Below are positions 63,390 through 64,000 of a stretch of DNA of 64,000 nucleotides, piece after piece. A program made the position numbers and the translations under genes. The stretch spans positions 13,543,255-13,607,254 of the forward strand of contig NC_068982.1 in assembly GCF_001194135.2 (NCBI RefSeq). The letters are read 5' to 3'. The notes below the pieces were generated by a model that saw only the letters and a list, made by a program, of their open reading frames with translations, had not been told where the DNA came from and searched no databases. This stretch comes from Octopus bimaculoides (lineage: Eukaryota). How positions within the stretch are numbered: position 1 is the stretch's first letter; each line of letters begins with the position of its first letter.

Positions 63390-63820
63390 NNNNNNNNNNN
63401 NNNNNNNNNNNNNNNNNNNNNNNNNNNNNNNNNNNNNNNNNNNNNNNNNNNNNNNNNNNNNNNNNNNNNNNNNNNNNNNNNNNNNNNNNNNNNNNNNNNN
63501 NNNNNNNNNNNNNNNNNNNNNNNNNNNNNNNNNNNNNNNNNNNNNNNNNNNNNNNNNNNNNNNNNNNNNNNNNNNNNNNNNNNNNNNNNNNNNNNNNNNN
63601 NNNNNNNNNNNNNNNNNNNNNNNNNNNNNNNNNNNNNNNNNNNNNNNNNNNNNNNNNNNNNNNNNNNNNNNNNNNNNNNNNNNNNNNNNNNNNNNNNNNN
63701 NNNNNNNNNNNNNNNNNNNNNNNNNNNNNNNNNNNNNNNNNNNNNNNNNNNNNNNNNNNNNNNNNNNNNNNNNNNNNNNNNNNNNNNNNNNNNNNNNNNN
63801 NNNNNNNNNNNNNNNNNNNN

Positions 63821-64000
63821 ATATATATATATATATATATACATATATACATGCATATATATACGACAGGCTTCTCTCAGTTTCTGTCTACCAAATCCAC
63901 TCACAAGGCTTTGGTCAGCCCGAGGCTATAGTAGAAGACACTTGCCCAAGGTGCCATGCAGTGGGACTGAACCCGGAATCATGTGGTTCGTAACCAAGCT
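63821..64000 (-). mobile_element. SINE family A 5' half
   Basis: acgacaggcttctctcagtttc...gaacccggaatcatgtggt. Confidence 0.8.

Overview
AT-rich, repeat-dominated eukaryotic DNA with about 16 N-gaps, most of them flanked by (TA)n. The repeat landscape resembles an octopus (coleoid cephalopod) genome; this is an inference from memory of these repeat types, not from a search. I cannot identify any intact protein-coding gene. There is one weak exon candidate at 54401-54529 (-), so the window is probably intronic or intergenic. Recognisable content: (1) several tRNA-headed SINE families; (2) many 5'-truncated 3' ends of an RTE-clade LINE with (GAT)n tails and a ~66-bp tandem array in the 3'UTR; (3) decayed coding remnants of RTE, CR1/L2-like, R4/Dong-like (RLE) and Penelope-like (GIY-YIG) retroelements and of Tc1/mariner and hAT (Charlie/Buster-like) transposases; (4) MITEs (TTAA/piggyBac-like, 8-bp-TSD hAT-like, TA-type) and a foldback; (5) microsatellites. 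The most interesting signal is a set of minimal type-I hammerhead ribozyme motifs (CUGANGA-stem II-GAAAC-GUH) from about five distinct sequence families, typical of Penelope-like pLTRs. They include an apparently intact motif at 57354-57388 and a tRNA-headed SINE whose 3' body carries a hammerhead motif (49767-49962, 61270-61475). All coordinates and alignments were read by eye and can be off by a few bases.
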